Assembly (NCBI RefSeq): GCF_902713615.1
Contig: NC_052149.1
Location: forward strand, 127,227,256 to 127,291,255
Direction: 5' to 3'
DNA from: Scyliorhinus canicula
Lineage: Eukaryota
DNA length: 64,000 nucleotides
This document shows positions 25,201 to 37,913 of the stretch, one piece after another. How positions within the stretch are numbered: position 1 is the stretch's first letter; the number at the start of each line of letters is the position of its first letter. The translations under genes and the position numbers were made by a program. A model generated the notes under the pieces. It saw only the letters and a program-made list of their open reading frames with translations. It ran no database searches and was not told the DNA's origin.

Positions 25201-28176
25201 CGCCGATCGAGTTGGAGGAGCTGGTCAGCTGGATTGGCCACATGCAGTCGGGGAAGGCGCCAGGACCGGATGGGTTCCCGGTTGAATTTTATAAGAAATA
25301 TGCGGACCTGCTGGGCCCCCAGTTGGTCAGGACCTTTAACGAGGCATGGGAGGGGGGTGTTCTGCCCCCGACGATGTCTCGGGCACTAATCTCCCTGATC
25401 CTGAAGCGTGATAAGGACCCCTTGCAGTGCGGATCATACAGGCCGATTTCACTGCTGAATGTAGGCGACAAGTTGCTGGCGAAGATCTTGGCCACTAGAA
25501 TAGAGGACTGGGTGCCGGGGTGGTACATGAAGATCAGACGGGTTTTGTGAAGGGGAGGCAGCTGAACACTAACGTGCGAAGGCTGCTAAATGTGATAATG
25601 ATGCCGGCAGCAGAAGGAGAGGCGGAGATTGTGGTGGCATTGGATGCGGAGAAGGCCTTTGACAGGGTTGAGTGGGGGTACTTGTGGGAGGTGTTGGAAA
25701 GTTTTGGGTTTGGGGTGGGGTTTATTAAATGGGTGAGGTTGCTGTACGAGGCCCCGATGGCGAGTGTAGCGACAAATGGGAGGAGGTCCGAGTACTTCAC
25801 GCTCTACCGTGGGACGAGGCATGGGTTCCCCCTGTCCCCCTTGCTTTTTGCGTTGGCAATTGAGCCTCTTGCCATGGCTCTCAGGGAGTCGGGGAGGTGG
25901 AGGGGTTTGGTGCGAGGTGGGGAGGAGCACCGAGTGTCGCTGTATGCAGACGACTTGCTGTTGTATGTAGCAGACCCGGTGGGGGGAATGCCGGAGGTAG
26001 AACATAGAACAGTACAGCCCTTCAGCCCTCGATGTTGTGCCGAGCAATGATCACCCTAGTCAAACCCACGTATCCACCCTATACCCGTAACCCAACAACC
26101 CCCTCCTTAACATTACTTTTTAGGACACTACGGGCAATTTAGCATGGCCAATCCACCTAACCTGCACATCTTTGGACTGTGGGAGGAAACCGGAGCACCC
26201 GGAGGAAACCCACGCACACATGGGGAGGAGGTGCAGACTCCGCACAGACAGTGGCCCAGCCGGGAATCGAACCTGGGACCCTGGAGCTGTGAAGCATTTA
26301 TGCTAACCACCATGCTACCGTGCTGCCCCCTGGTGATGGAGATTCTTGCTGAGTTCGGGAGTTTCTCGGGATATAAATTGAACCTGGGCAAGAGTGAGCT
26401 GTTTGTCGTACACCCGGGAGATCAGGAGGAGGGGATCGGCAGGCTCCCGCTAAAGAGGGCAGTGAGGAGTTTTAGGTACCTGGGGGTTCAGGTGGCTAGG
26501 AGCTGGGAGACTCTGCACAAGCTCAATTTTACTAGGTTGGTGAAGCAGATGGAGGAGGAATTTAAAAGGTGGGACATGCTGCCGTTTTCGTTGGCAGGTA
26601 GAGTACAGTCCATTAAAATGACGGTGCTCCCGAGGTTTTTGTTTTTGTTTCAGTGCCTCCCCATTTTTGTTCCGAGGGCCTTTTTTAGGAGGGTGAACAG
26701 CAGCATTCTGGGATTTGTTTGGGAGCACGGGACTCCGAGGGTAAGGAGGGTCTTTTTGGAGCGGGGCAGGGATAGAGGGGGGCTGGCGCTGCCCAACCTC
26801 TCTGGGTACTATTGGGCGGCTAAGTGGGTAATGGATGGGGAGGGGGCAGCATGGAAACGGATGGAGATGGCGTCCTGTGGAGGCATGAGCCTGAAGGCAC
26901 TGGTAACGGCGCCGCTGCCGCTCCCTCCAACAAGGTACACTACGAGCCCGGTGGTGGCGGCTACCCTCAAAATTTGGGGGCAGTGGAGGCGACACAGTGG
27001 GGGGCTCGGTGGAGGCCCCGCTGCAGGGGAACCACCGGTTTGTCTCAGGGAACATGGATGGCGGGTTCCTGGGGTGGCACAGGGAGGGCATTAGGAAGTT
27101 GGGAGACCTGTTTATCGACGGGAGGTTCGCGAGCCTTGGTGAACTGGAGGAGAAGTTTGAGTTCCCCCCGGGGAATATGTTCAGGTACCTTCAGGTCAAG
27201 GCGTTTGCTCGGCGTCAGGTGGAGGGGTTCCCTTTGCTGCCCCCGCGGGGGGTAAGGGATAGGGTGCTTTCGGGGGTGTGGGTCGGGTTGGGAAGGTGTC
27301 TGACATCTACCAGGTAATGCAGGAGGTGGGGGAGGTGTCGGTAGAGGAGCTGAAGGCTAAGTGGGAGGTGGAACTGGGGGAGCAGATTGAGGAGGGAACA
27401 TGGGCGGATGCCCTGGAGAGGGTGAACTCCTCCTCTTCATGTGCGAGGCTTAGTCTCATCCAGTTCAAGGTGCTACACTGGGCCCACATGTCCGGATCTA
27501 GGAGGAGTAGGTTCTTTGGGGGTGAAGACAGGTGCGCCAGGTGTTCGGGGAGTCCAGCGAACCATGCCCATATGTTCTGGGCATGCCCGGCACTGGAGGA
27601 GTTCTGGAAGGGGGTGGCGAGGACGGTGTCGAGGGTGGTGGGATCCAGGGTCAAGCCAGGCTGGGGACTCGCGATATTTGGGGTTGAGGTGGAGCCGGGA
27701 GTGCAGGAGGCGAAAGAGGCCGATGTTTTGGTCTTTGCGTCCCTAGTAGCCCGGCGGAGGATCTTGCTGCAGTGGAAAGATGCGAGACCTCCAAGCATGG
27801 AGACCCAGATTAAGGACATGGCGGGATTCATTCAGCTGGAGAGGGTCAAATTCGCCCTGAGGGGGTCGGTACAAGGGTTCTTTAGGAGGTGGCAGCCTTT
27901 CCTCGACTTTCTGGCTCAACGATAAGGTACCAGTCTGCAACAGCAGCAACCCGGGGGGGAGGGGGGTAAAGGGGGGGGGGGTTTGGGGGATAGTGTTTAA
28001 GTTAATTTGCTTATTGTTAATTTATTTTGTTGTTTATTGGGGTTGGGGGTCTGGGGGGGTTTGTTATATGCGTTGTTACGGGTGCCGGGGGGGTTTATTA
28101 CTATTATTGTTATTGTTATTATTGTTTTGTTGATATATATTTTTCAAAAAATTCCAATAAAAATTATTTTTTTTAA
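22220..28176 (+). mobile_element. Full-length L1-clade LINE (ORF1 22283-23215; ORF2 about 23875-27925 disrupted) with 17-bp TSD
   Basis: TSD aagaagtaattgttaag at 22203-22219 and 28177-28193; insertion at TT/AAGA. ORF1 has an RRKNL.ILGL-type motif. ORF2 has ITWNVRGL, GGDFNT, SDHAP, LYADD and a C-terminal CARC...HMFWACP. AATAAA lies near the 3' end. Confidence 0.95.
25999..26331 (-). mobile_element. V-SINE (HE1-like) inserted in L1 ORF2
   Basis: tRNA-like head, V-domain GGGTTTCCTCCGGGTGCTCCGGTTTCCTCCCACAGTCCAAAGATGTGCAGG, and CR1-like tail; splits the L1 frame MPEV|MEIL. Confidence 0.9.
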
Positions 28177-31080
28177 AAGAAGTAATTGTTAAGAAGGTGC
28201 CAGATGTCTTTGAAGAATTTACTTGTGTGGGTAAAGTTTACTCATGTGTATCACGAGGAGCACGTAAAGAAGTCGCAATTTTAAGAGATACAGGGGATAG
28301 TCAATCTTTAATGGTAAGAGATGAGGAAATATGTAGTTTGGGAAGAATGTTGCCAGAAAAGGTGGAATTCAGGGTGAGAGGAGTAGCATTCCATTATATA
28401 AGGTAAGGTTGGAAAGCCCAGTGAAGAGTGGTGAAGTGGTAGTAGGAGTAATAGATAAACTTTCTTGTCCAGGAATACAGTTTATCTTGGGTAATGATAT
28501 AGCTGGATCGCAGGTGGGAGTGATGCCTACTGTGTTTGATAAGCCAGTGGAAAATCAGACAACTGAAGGGTTGAAGGACGAATATCCTGGGATTTTTCCG
28601 GATTGTGGAGTAACCCGGTCGCAAAGTCACAGGTTAAAACAAGAGGAGAAATCAAAGAGTGAAGATGAAGTTGAAGTGCAATTATCAGAAATGATTTTTG
28701 ATCAGATGGTTGAAAAAGTACAAGAGGTGGAGGATGTGGTGGATATTTTTAGTTCAGGAAAATTGGCGGAGTTACAACAGAAAGATGTAGAAATAAAACG
28801 GATATATCAGAAAGCGTATACAGAAGAGGAATCTGACAGTATACCAGAGTGTTATTACCGTAAAAGTGATGCCTTGATGAGAAAATGGAGACCTTTACAT
28901 ATGCAGGCGGATGAAAAGTGGGCAGAAGTTCATCAAGTAGTATTGCCGGTAGGGTATAGAAAGGAGGTGTTGCGAGTTGCACATGAGAAAACTCAAGCTA
29001 AAATCCAGAAACATTTTTATTGGCCTGGACTACATAAAGATGTAGTTACATTTTGTCAATCATGTCACACATGTCAAGTGATAGGGAAACCTCAAACAGT
29101 GATAAAACCAGCACCCTTAATACCCATTCCAGCATTTGAGGAACCTTTTACGAGGGTCCTAATTGATTGTGTAGGACCGCTTCCTAAAACAAAAAGTGGG
29201 AATCAATATCTTTTGACTATAATGGATGTGTCTACTAGGTTTCCAGAGGCCATTCCAGTACGTAATATTACAGTTAAAAGGATTGTGGAGGAGTTACTTC
29301 AATTCTTTACTAGATATGGACTACCCACAGAAATTCAATCGGGTCAAGAATCGAATTTTCCTTCAAAGATATTCAAAGAAGTTATGGATAGCTCAGGAAT
29401 AAAACAATTTAAATCAACTGCGTATCATCCAGAATCGCAGGGAGCGTTAGAAAGGTGGCATCAGATATTGTCAAGATTATACAGAGGATTGGGATAAAGA
29501 AATTCCATTCGTATTGTTTGCAATTAGGGATGCACCTAATGAATCTACCAAATTTAGTCCTTTTGAACTAATTTTTGGTCATGAGGTAAGAGGACCACTT
29601 AAATTGATTAAGGAAAAATTGGTGGGTGAGAAATCGGAAATTACACTATTGGATTACATGTCAAATTTTAGGGAATGATTAAATAGAGCAGGTGAATTGG
29701 CTAGACAACATTTGAAAGTGGAACAAAATGTGATGAAACGTGTAGCGGACAAGAAATCCAAAGTTCATAGTTTTGTCAGTGGGGTTAAAGTTTTAGTGTT
29801 GTTCCCAGTGGTAGGTGAGCCTTTAAAAGCTAGGTTTCGTGGACCGTATCAGATTGAAAGGAAATTGAGGTGAATTATGTGGTACAAACACCAGATAGAA
29901 GGAAGACTCACCGAGTGTGCCATGTGAATATGCTTAAAAGGTACTTTGAAAGGGAAGGAGAGAAAAAGGAGGTTTTAATGATTCTAACTCAAAGTGACGA
30001 ACCAAATCAAGATGACTGAATTTGACATACCTCAAATTAAATCGGAAAATGAGGATGTTCTTAAAAACTGGGATGAATTGTTAAGTTACCTTCCAGAGGA
30101 AAAACAAACTGACCTGAAAGAGTTATTGATATCACATGGGCAAGTTTGTAGAGATAAATTGGGAAGTACAAAATGGCTACACATGATGTAGATGTGAGAA
30201 ATGCTGTTCTTATCAAACAACATCCGTATAGACTTAACCCTTTAAAATTGGCACAGGTTAACAGAGAGATTGAGAGTATGCTGAAAAATGGCATAATTGA
30301 AGTGGGTTGCAGCCAATGGAGCTCACCCATAGTGATGGTACCGAAACCAGACGGAGCCCAACAGTTACATTCCCGGCAGCCCTCCTGGTCCACCGCTACC
30401 CAAGCCATTCGGCCTGGGGTGTCGCCGATGTTTAACACACCGTCCCTCCATGGGCTGAATACAGGACCAGTGAGGGCCCCACCCACACGATGAAAGTTCT
30501 CCATCGTAAAGGAATCAGTGATCTGTAAGCAGAAGGTGTGGTCATTCTCACTCTCTAATCCTCCGGATCGCAATCTCATCCTGTCCATGGCCTTTCACTG
30601 AAGGGTTAAAGCTCTGTTAACTGATACTTGTACTGGATAAACTGTCAATTCTCTTTCAGTGCTCATTTGTATTTGATTGTTTTTCCTGTTTCAATGTATT
30701 TTGTAATTCCTGTTGCTGTGACGTTTGCCTCTTGTCCAGGTTGTTGTTGTAAATGAGAATTGGTTCACAATTGACCCTCCTGACTAAATAAAGGTCAATA
30801 AAATCAGTGAATAAATCCATCAGAAAGCTGCCCTGTGTAGGGCAGGTTTGGACTGTCTTGAAAGCCCCTTCAAGAGGTTTAACTGGCAGCACAGTGGCAG
30901 AATCATTACTGATGTGTTTCAGGGTATTACGGGGCAGATGATGTGATGCTGAGATTCAGCACAACATTCTCATGTTGTCATTAGAAGGGGACTATTGGAG
31001 CTCAGAACCAGATATCTCCGGGATCCGACCTGGTCCCCCACCCCCACTCACTCCCACTCCCAGGAACTGGATTTATATTC

Positions 31081-31119
<39 letters not shown>

Positions 31120-33454
31120 CCACCGATATGTTCCATTATTATCTTCCTGTGGTAAACTGATCAGAAATGTTATTGTGTTTCCTGTACCTCCTGTCAAAGG
31201 GGGGTCTCTACCTCTGGATCTTTGTTTATCTCCCGCTGTCTGGTTCCAATGTCACAGCTGAGGGCCAGATTATCAAACTCAGTTCTCTTAAAAAGTTTGT
31301 GTCCTTTTTCGCAAACTCCTTCTCTGGCCCTGAATCATTTCCTCAGACCCTTTTACACCTGGAATAGTTCCCAGCTTATCTCATTCAGTTTGTCTGGAGG
31401 GACTCACCGTACAATAAAGGGTTTCCCTGTGAGGAGAGGTGAGAATCCCTTTCAGAGTCTCACTGAGGTTCGAAGCTGCACTCTGGACGTGACAGGAATG
31501 AGCGACTCTGACAAGTATTGTGTTAAAACAACAATTTTATTGTATATTGAATAAGGATAATAATATGACAATTATCACTGATAATATATTTTAAATGAAT
31601 TTATAAGAATGGTAATGTGTATGAAAATGAAGAAAGGTAACTTTATTGAAAGGAGAAGCACTTTGTATATTTCTGAGGAAAAGAAGACATATTTATTTAA
31701 ATACAAACAATAACCCCAATTTGGTCTGTTCCACCGCAGCTCCCCCACAATTGGTGCCCCGTTACTGTCCCCTCAGTAAACACTGAGTCACTGAGTAACC
31801 CCAGTGGGTGGGCACTATGGTCAGTCAGTCCGTTTCTGACCCTTCCTCCTGATGTCCGTGGATGACTATTCCACCCCAGCACTGAGTCTCTGAAGCAATG
31901 TCTCTTTAAACTGGATTTCTGGCTCCATTCCAGTCTTGTGAAGCCTGCCACACAATCTTTCCCCAAACAAATCTCAGCTCTTCTCAGTTCCTCTCACAGG
32001 GAGCTCAAGGTGAAGCAGACTTTGTCATATTCAGCTTGTTTACGGAGCTCTTGATGGTGTTTTCCCATCTGTCATCAATCAGGTGTTATGTCCATCAATG
32101 AAACTTCATCTTCTGATGCTTCAGGTGACCACAGCAGATAAGATTACTCAGCGACTTGCTCTGTAATCCAAGGTCACAGAATGCCGGAGAACAACAATCC
32201 TAATCAACAAAAACAACTTATTTTAATATTCCAGTTTGAGAAACTGGAAAAACAAAAATTTTAGTCTGAACAAAACTGGGTGGCCAGTACAGAGAGAAAA
32301 CAAGATTGAGAAAAACAGGGCACTGCTGATTATTATTGATTAATTAATCAAAGGACAATCATAGCTGATTGTCATTTCATTTCATTTCATTTCATAGCTG
32401 GGTTAAGATCAGTGTTTATCAAGTGAGAAAATAATGACCCCCATGTCTGCATGGTCCCACAGTCCAAAGAGATGCACATTGGGTGGTTTGGCCATGATCA
32501 ATAGGTGGGATTTCAGGGATAGGGCAGGGGAATGGGCTGAGGTGGGTGTTCTTTCGGAGGGTCAGTGCAGACCCGATGGGCTGATTGGCCTCTTTCTGCA
32601 GTGTAGGGATTCTATAGATGGGAGCTGGCAGCATTTGAATTAGTGTCAACTGTTGTCAAACTTTTTAAAATAAAAAACTCCAGTTGTGACTTTGTCAGGA
32701 ACCAAGACTCAAATCTTTGAATTTTGTAAGAATTGTAATTTATAAAATCAACATTGAAAAAACACTTCCTCATGTGTGTGAATCTGTTTTCAGATTTAAA
32801 GTCCCAGATGTTTATCAGCACATATTCTTTATCTGAGAAAACATCATCGTATTTCAAAGGTCTCTTGTTAAACAGTCTGATTGTTGTATCTTCGGCGTCC
32901 ATTCAAACTGTGCTTTCTGGACAGAAATCTCAACTCCAACCTTATAACTTCAAACTTTGGTTTGTTTAATTATATTGTACTTTAATCCAACTCAGAATAC
33001 ACCTTGTGAGGCTTTGAACTCAGATTGCTGAAACTTCACAAACAAATGACAATTTAGAGAAGGAAACACATTGAGCTCACACACACAAACTCTTCATTAC
33101 ACACAGACACACAAATATAAAGATTTGTATATTTCCATTCTTATAACATTTATCTGAACAAATTAAAACTTTCAGCTAAACAAAACTTCAAGTAGCAGTG
33201 GGGGGGAAAGGAATCTTCGAGATTTTCACCGACAGGCACAATCTAAACGACCGAAACTCCCATTTCCTCAGCCCCTGTCTGTCACTGGTCATAAACCCCC
33301 CGAGGGGTAACCCTCTCTCGCTCTCTCTCTCTTTCTTTCTCTCTCCAGTACACAAGCTTACATCAACCTACATTTTCCTGTCATTGTTGATGTTACGTTT
33401 AGAGTCCGAATGCAGTCATTGCTTTCTTTCTAGGAGATGGAGCACTCTGTGTTT

Positions 33455-34625
33455 CACATCTCTCACTGCACCTGACACTAGGAAACGGTCAATACCGTTT
33501 TACTGCACCGTGTCTCTCTCTGCACCTGACACTAGGAAATGGTCAGTATGTTTTACTGCACCAGGTCTCTCACTACACCTGGCACGAGGAAACGGACAAT
33601 ACCTTTTTACTGCACATGTCTTTCACTACACCTGACACTAGGAAATGGTCAATATGTTTTACTGCACCAGGTCTCTCACTACACCTGGCACGAGGAAACG
33701 GACAATACCATTTTACTGCACGGGGTCTGTCACTACACCTCACACTAGGAAACGGTCAATACCGTTTTACTGCACCGGGTCAGTCACTACACCTGACACT
33801 AGGAAACGGTCAATACCGTTTTACTGCACCGGGTCTCTCACTATACCTGACACTAGGAAACGGTCAATACCGTTTTACTGCACCGGGTCAGTCACTACAC
33901 CTGACACTAGGAAACGGTCAATACCGTTTTACTGCACCGGGTCAGTCACTACATCTGTCACTAGGAAACGGTCAATACTGTTTTACTGCACCAGGTCTCT
34001 CACTACACCTGACACTAGGAAACGGTCAATACCGTTTTACTGTACCGGGTCAGTCACTACACCTGTCACTAGGAAACGGTCAATACCATTTTACTGCACC
34101 AGGTCTCTCACTACACCTGACACTAGGAAACGGTCAATACCGTTTTACTGCACCGGGTCTCTCACTGCACCTGACACTAGGAAACGGTCAATACCGTTTT
34201 ACTGCACCGGGTCTCTCACTACACCTGACACTCGGAAACGGTCAACACCGTTTTACTGCATCGGGTCTCTCACTGCACCTGACACTAGGAAACGGTCAAT
34301 ACCGTTTTACTGCACCGGGTCTCTCACTACACCTGACACTCGGAAACGGTCAATACCGTTTTACTGCACCGGGTCTCTCACTGCACCTGACACTAGGAAA
34401 CGGTCAATACCGTTTTACTGCACCAGGTCAGCCACTACACCTGACACTCGGAAACGGTCAACACCGTTTTACTGCATCGGGTCTCTCACTACACCTGACA
34501 CTAGGAAACGGTCAATACCGTTTTACTGCACCGTGTCTCTCACTATACCTGACACTAGGAAACGGTCAATACCGTTTTACTGCACCATGTCTCTCACTAC
34601 ACCTGACACTAGGAAATGGTCAATA
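33455..34625. repeat. 54-bp minisatellite, about 21-22 copies, each with an internal 7-bp inverted repeat
   Basis: Unit cctgacactaggaaacggtcaataccgttttactgcaccgggtctctcactaca; the ORF track shows an 18-aa periodicity. Confidence 0.95.
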
Positions 34626-34929
34626 ATGATTTATTGCACTGAGTCACTCAATCTGAAGCGGAATAAATGAAACAATTTTACAACGAATGACATTCATTAA
34701 TAAGTTTAGAGAGCTCTTTCTTGACATGATTGAAATTGTTGCCAATATTATCGGCATGATGGAAACCTTGGCCAAGGATAGTTTCAGAGGTGACAATCCC
34801 AGCAATGATAACAGTAACAGCTTTCACAGATATTCATTGCTGAACAGGACATGGAGAGATAAGAAAACCTCAACTGATGAAATACAAAATCAGTTCATTT
34901 ATCTCACGTCAAACCCATACTTGGGTCGA

Positions 34930-35140
34930 GCACGGTGACGCAGTGGTTAGCACTGCTGCCTACGGCACTGAGGGTCCAGGATCAATCCCGGCCCTGGGTC
35001 ACTTTCCATGTGGAGTTTGCACATTCACCCCTTTTCTGCGTGTGTGTCACCCCACAACCCAAAGATCTGCAGGGTAGATGGATTGGCCACGCTAAATTGC
35101 CTTTTAATTGGAAAGAAATAATTGGGTACTCCAAATGTTT
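34930..35140 (+). mobile_element. V-SINE copy (a more degenerate copy lies at about 32420-32620)
   Basis: A-box-like ggtgacgcagtggttagc and a V-domain. Confidence 0.8.
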
Positions 35141-35419
35141 TTAAAAACCCATAATAGGTCCTTACATGTTGTAGCATTTCTCTAGACTGGTCTTAGCTCT
35201 GAGTCATGTGTCTATTCACAGCTGTATATGGTCTTTTCGATCTTTCGATACCAGTCCTGTTAACTAAACTTCCAGATTGGAACAGGCGACATGGCCAACA
35301 TCTCACAGTTCACCATCTACAATGGAATCAAAGAAGTGACAGAAAAACTTCCAAGTTTCCAGAGAGGGAAACGTCATTGTCTTCCCTCTGAACAGATAGA
35401 AGCTGGCAGAGATCACACA

Positions 35420-35545
35420 GGGTTACCAGGATAGTGGGCATCCCCAAGGTGCAGGGTGCCATCGACTACACACATGGTGCTTTAACAGGAAAGTGGGCAT
35501 CCCCATGGTGGAGTCTGCCATCGACTACACACACAGTGTGATGTC
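35420..35545 (+). mobile_element. Two short tandem Harbinger transposase fragments (GAIDYTH motif)
   Basis: gtgggcatcccc...gccatcgactacacac occurs twice and translates to the HARBI1-type GAID(C/Y)TH motif. Confidence 0.6.
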
Positions 35546-35724
35546 CCTGTGTACACGGAATGGATTGTGACGCATGATGTACCTGTGTACACAGACTGGA
35601 TTGTGAAGAGTGTCTTCATTGGTAACGAGTCATTTTTTAAATTGTAAAAGTGTTATTTCGCTGATCGTCATGTGAAAAATTTTTTTTGCTTCTGTTGCAG
35701 CCTTGTACATTTTCATTATACTCC

Positions 35725-36898
35725 AGTCGGACACTCAGAGGGAGGGATGGAGCTCAGGGAGGTGTGTATCTGAGAGGAAGGTCGGACACTCAGAGGGAGG
35801 GATGGAGCTCAGGGAGGTGTGTATCTGAGAGGAAGGCCGGACACTCAGAGGGATGGAGCTCAGGGAGGTATGTATCTGAGAGGGAGGTCGGACACTCAGA
35901 GAGATGGATGGAGCTCAGGGAGGTGTGTATCTGAGAGGGAGGTCGGACACTCAGAGGGAGGGATGGAGCTCAGGGAGGTGTGTATCTGAGAGGACGGTCG
36001 GACACTCAGAGGGAGGGATGGAGCTCAGGGAGGTGTGTATCTGAGAGGAAGGTCGGACACTCAGAGGGAGGGATGGAGCTCAGGGAGGTGTGTATCTGAG
36101 AGGAAGGTCGGACACTCAGAGGGATGGAGCTCAGGGAGGTGTGTATCTGAGAGGAAAGTCAGACACTCAGAGGGAGGGATGGAGCTCAGGGAGGTGTGTA
36201 TCTGAGAGGAAAGTCAGACACTCAGAGGGAGGGATGGAGCTCAGGGAGGTGTGTATCTGAGAGGGAGGTCGGACACTCAGAGGGAGGGATGGAGCTCAGG
36301 GAGGTGTGTATCTGAGAGGGAGGTCGGACACTCAGAGGGAGGGATGGAGCTCAGGGAGGTGTGTATCTGAGAGGAAGGTCAGACACTCAGAGGGAAGAAT
36401 GGAGCTCAGGGAGGTGTGTATCTGAGAGGAAGTTCGGACACTTAGAGGGAAGGATGGAGCTCAGGGAGGTGTGTATCTGAGAGGAAGTTCGGACACTCAG
36501 AGGGAGGGATGGAGCTTAGGGAGTTGTGTATCTGAGAGGACGGTCGGACACTCAGAGGGAAGGATGGAGCTCAGGGGGGTGTGTATCTGAGAGGAAGGTC
36601 GGGCACTCAGAGGGAAGGATGGAGCTCAGGGAGGTGTGTATCTGAGAGGAAGGTCGGACACTCAGAGGGAGGGATGGAGCTCAGGGAGGTGTGTATCTGA
36701 GAGGAAGGTCGGACACTCAGAGGGAGGGATGGAGCTCAGGGAGGTGTGTATCTGAGAGGAAGGTCGGACACTCAGAGGGAGGAATGGAGCTCAGGGAGGT
36801 GTGTATCTGAGAGGAAGGTCGGACACTCAGAGGGAGGGAGCTCAGGGAGGTGTGTATCTGAGAGGAAGGTCGGACACTCAGAGGGAAGGTTGGAGCTC
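35725..36898. repeat. 55-bp purine-rich minisatellite (51-bp variants), about 21 copies
   Basis: Unit gtcggacactcagagggagggatggagctcagggaggtgtgtatctgagaggaag. Confidence 0.95.
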
Positions 36899-37308
36899 AT
36901 GTACACAATGTCCATTGTCCATTACCCACTAATGACACTCCGCCTACATTCAACTCATTGTTTAAGCTCCAGCCCACCTCCTGTTCCTATCCATATGTTT
37001 CAGTCAAGGAGCCAGATAAGCCTACAGTACAGGAGGAGGCCATTCTGCCCCTCGGGTCTGTGCTAGCTGTTTAATAGAGTCATTCACAACTAACATCTTA
37101 GTTTAATGTCTGTTGTGCGGAAGTGACTGGAATCTGATTAGATACAAAATGAGTGAGAAATATGAAGTCAGACATGTTTAACTAATCTGGTTACATTTGT
37201 TAATGAGGTCACGAATGTGGTAGGTAAGGGAATGTATGTGGATGTTATTTGTATGGATTTCCAGAATACATTCCAAAAGATTCCACAGGAGTGGCTGTTA
37301 ATAAAATT

Positions 37309-37913
37309 GGGCCGGGATTCTCCTAAATCCCGGCTAAGTGTTGCACCAGCGTCAAAACCGTCGCGAGCGACGCTGGCGTTAATGGGCCTCCAGGCCCAGT
37401 CATTCATCTCTTCCTCAGGGGTAGCACGCGGCGGAGCACTGTGTGCTGCTCTGGGGCTGAAAGCCAGCCCTACATGGCCGGTGTGGGCGCGTGCATGCAC
37501 GACATGGCCGGCACGGGTCCACGCATGCACACCACGGCTGTCTCCGCGCCGGCCTCCGGGCAACATGGCGGAGCCCTACAGGGGCCCAGCGCGGAGGAAG
37601 AGCGCTCTGGAATGAGGCGCGCCCGTCAATCGATTGCCCCCGATCGCGGGCCTGGCCATCATGGAAGTCCCCCCGGAGTCGGCAACCCCCGCCCCCCACC
37701 AGGCCAGCCCCCGCAGCCAGAACGCCGATGTCACGCCGAGGAGGACCACATGTGCACTCGGCCCATCAAGCGTGGAGAATCCCTGCGGGGGCCGCTTTCA
37801 ATGGCCCTCGACTGGCATAGCAGCGACCGGACCAGCGTCGGAGCGGCGTGGCGGGATTCGCACGCCCACCCTGCCGATTCTCCTGCCTGGCGCAGGCTCA
37901 GAGACTCCCGCCC
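37309..37913. mobile_element. Harbinger-like MITE inserted in a CR1 RT fragment
   Basis: TIRs gggccgggattctc / gagactcccgccc; CR1 RT sequence on both flanks. Confidence 0.75.

Larger units (their letters stand above)
20672..30355 (+). mobile_element. Gmr1-type Gypsy element (order gag-PR-IN-RT), partial 5' LTR, truncated early in RT, interrupted by an L1
   Basis: gag with CFHCNKLGHVKAQC; protease ILRDTG 28197-28406; integrase HFYWPGLHKDV...CHTCQ and LIDCVGPLP 28409-29497, lying upstream of the RT start QHPYRL...WSSPIVMVPKPDG (30173-30355). Confidence 0.9.

Noticed and set aside
31082-31120. Long poly-C tract (also poly-G near 23690-23716 and poly-C near 42990-43010) as functional G-quadruplexes
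   Set aside because: Homopolymer lengths are unreliable in assemblies, and two of the three are within transposons.
33455-34625. CRISPR-like array (regularly spaced palindromic repeats)
   Set aside because: There are no unique spacers (the whole 54-bp unit repeats), no cas genes, and the context is vertebrate.
33616-34670. Two ORFs of about 340 aa as real proteins
   Set aside because: They arise from a stop-free repeat unit divisible by 3; there is no exon or domain evidence.
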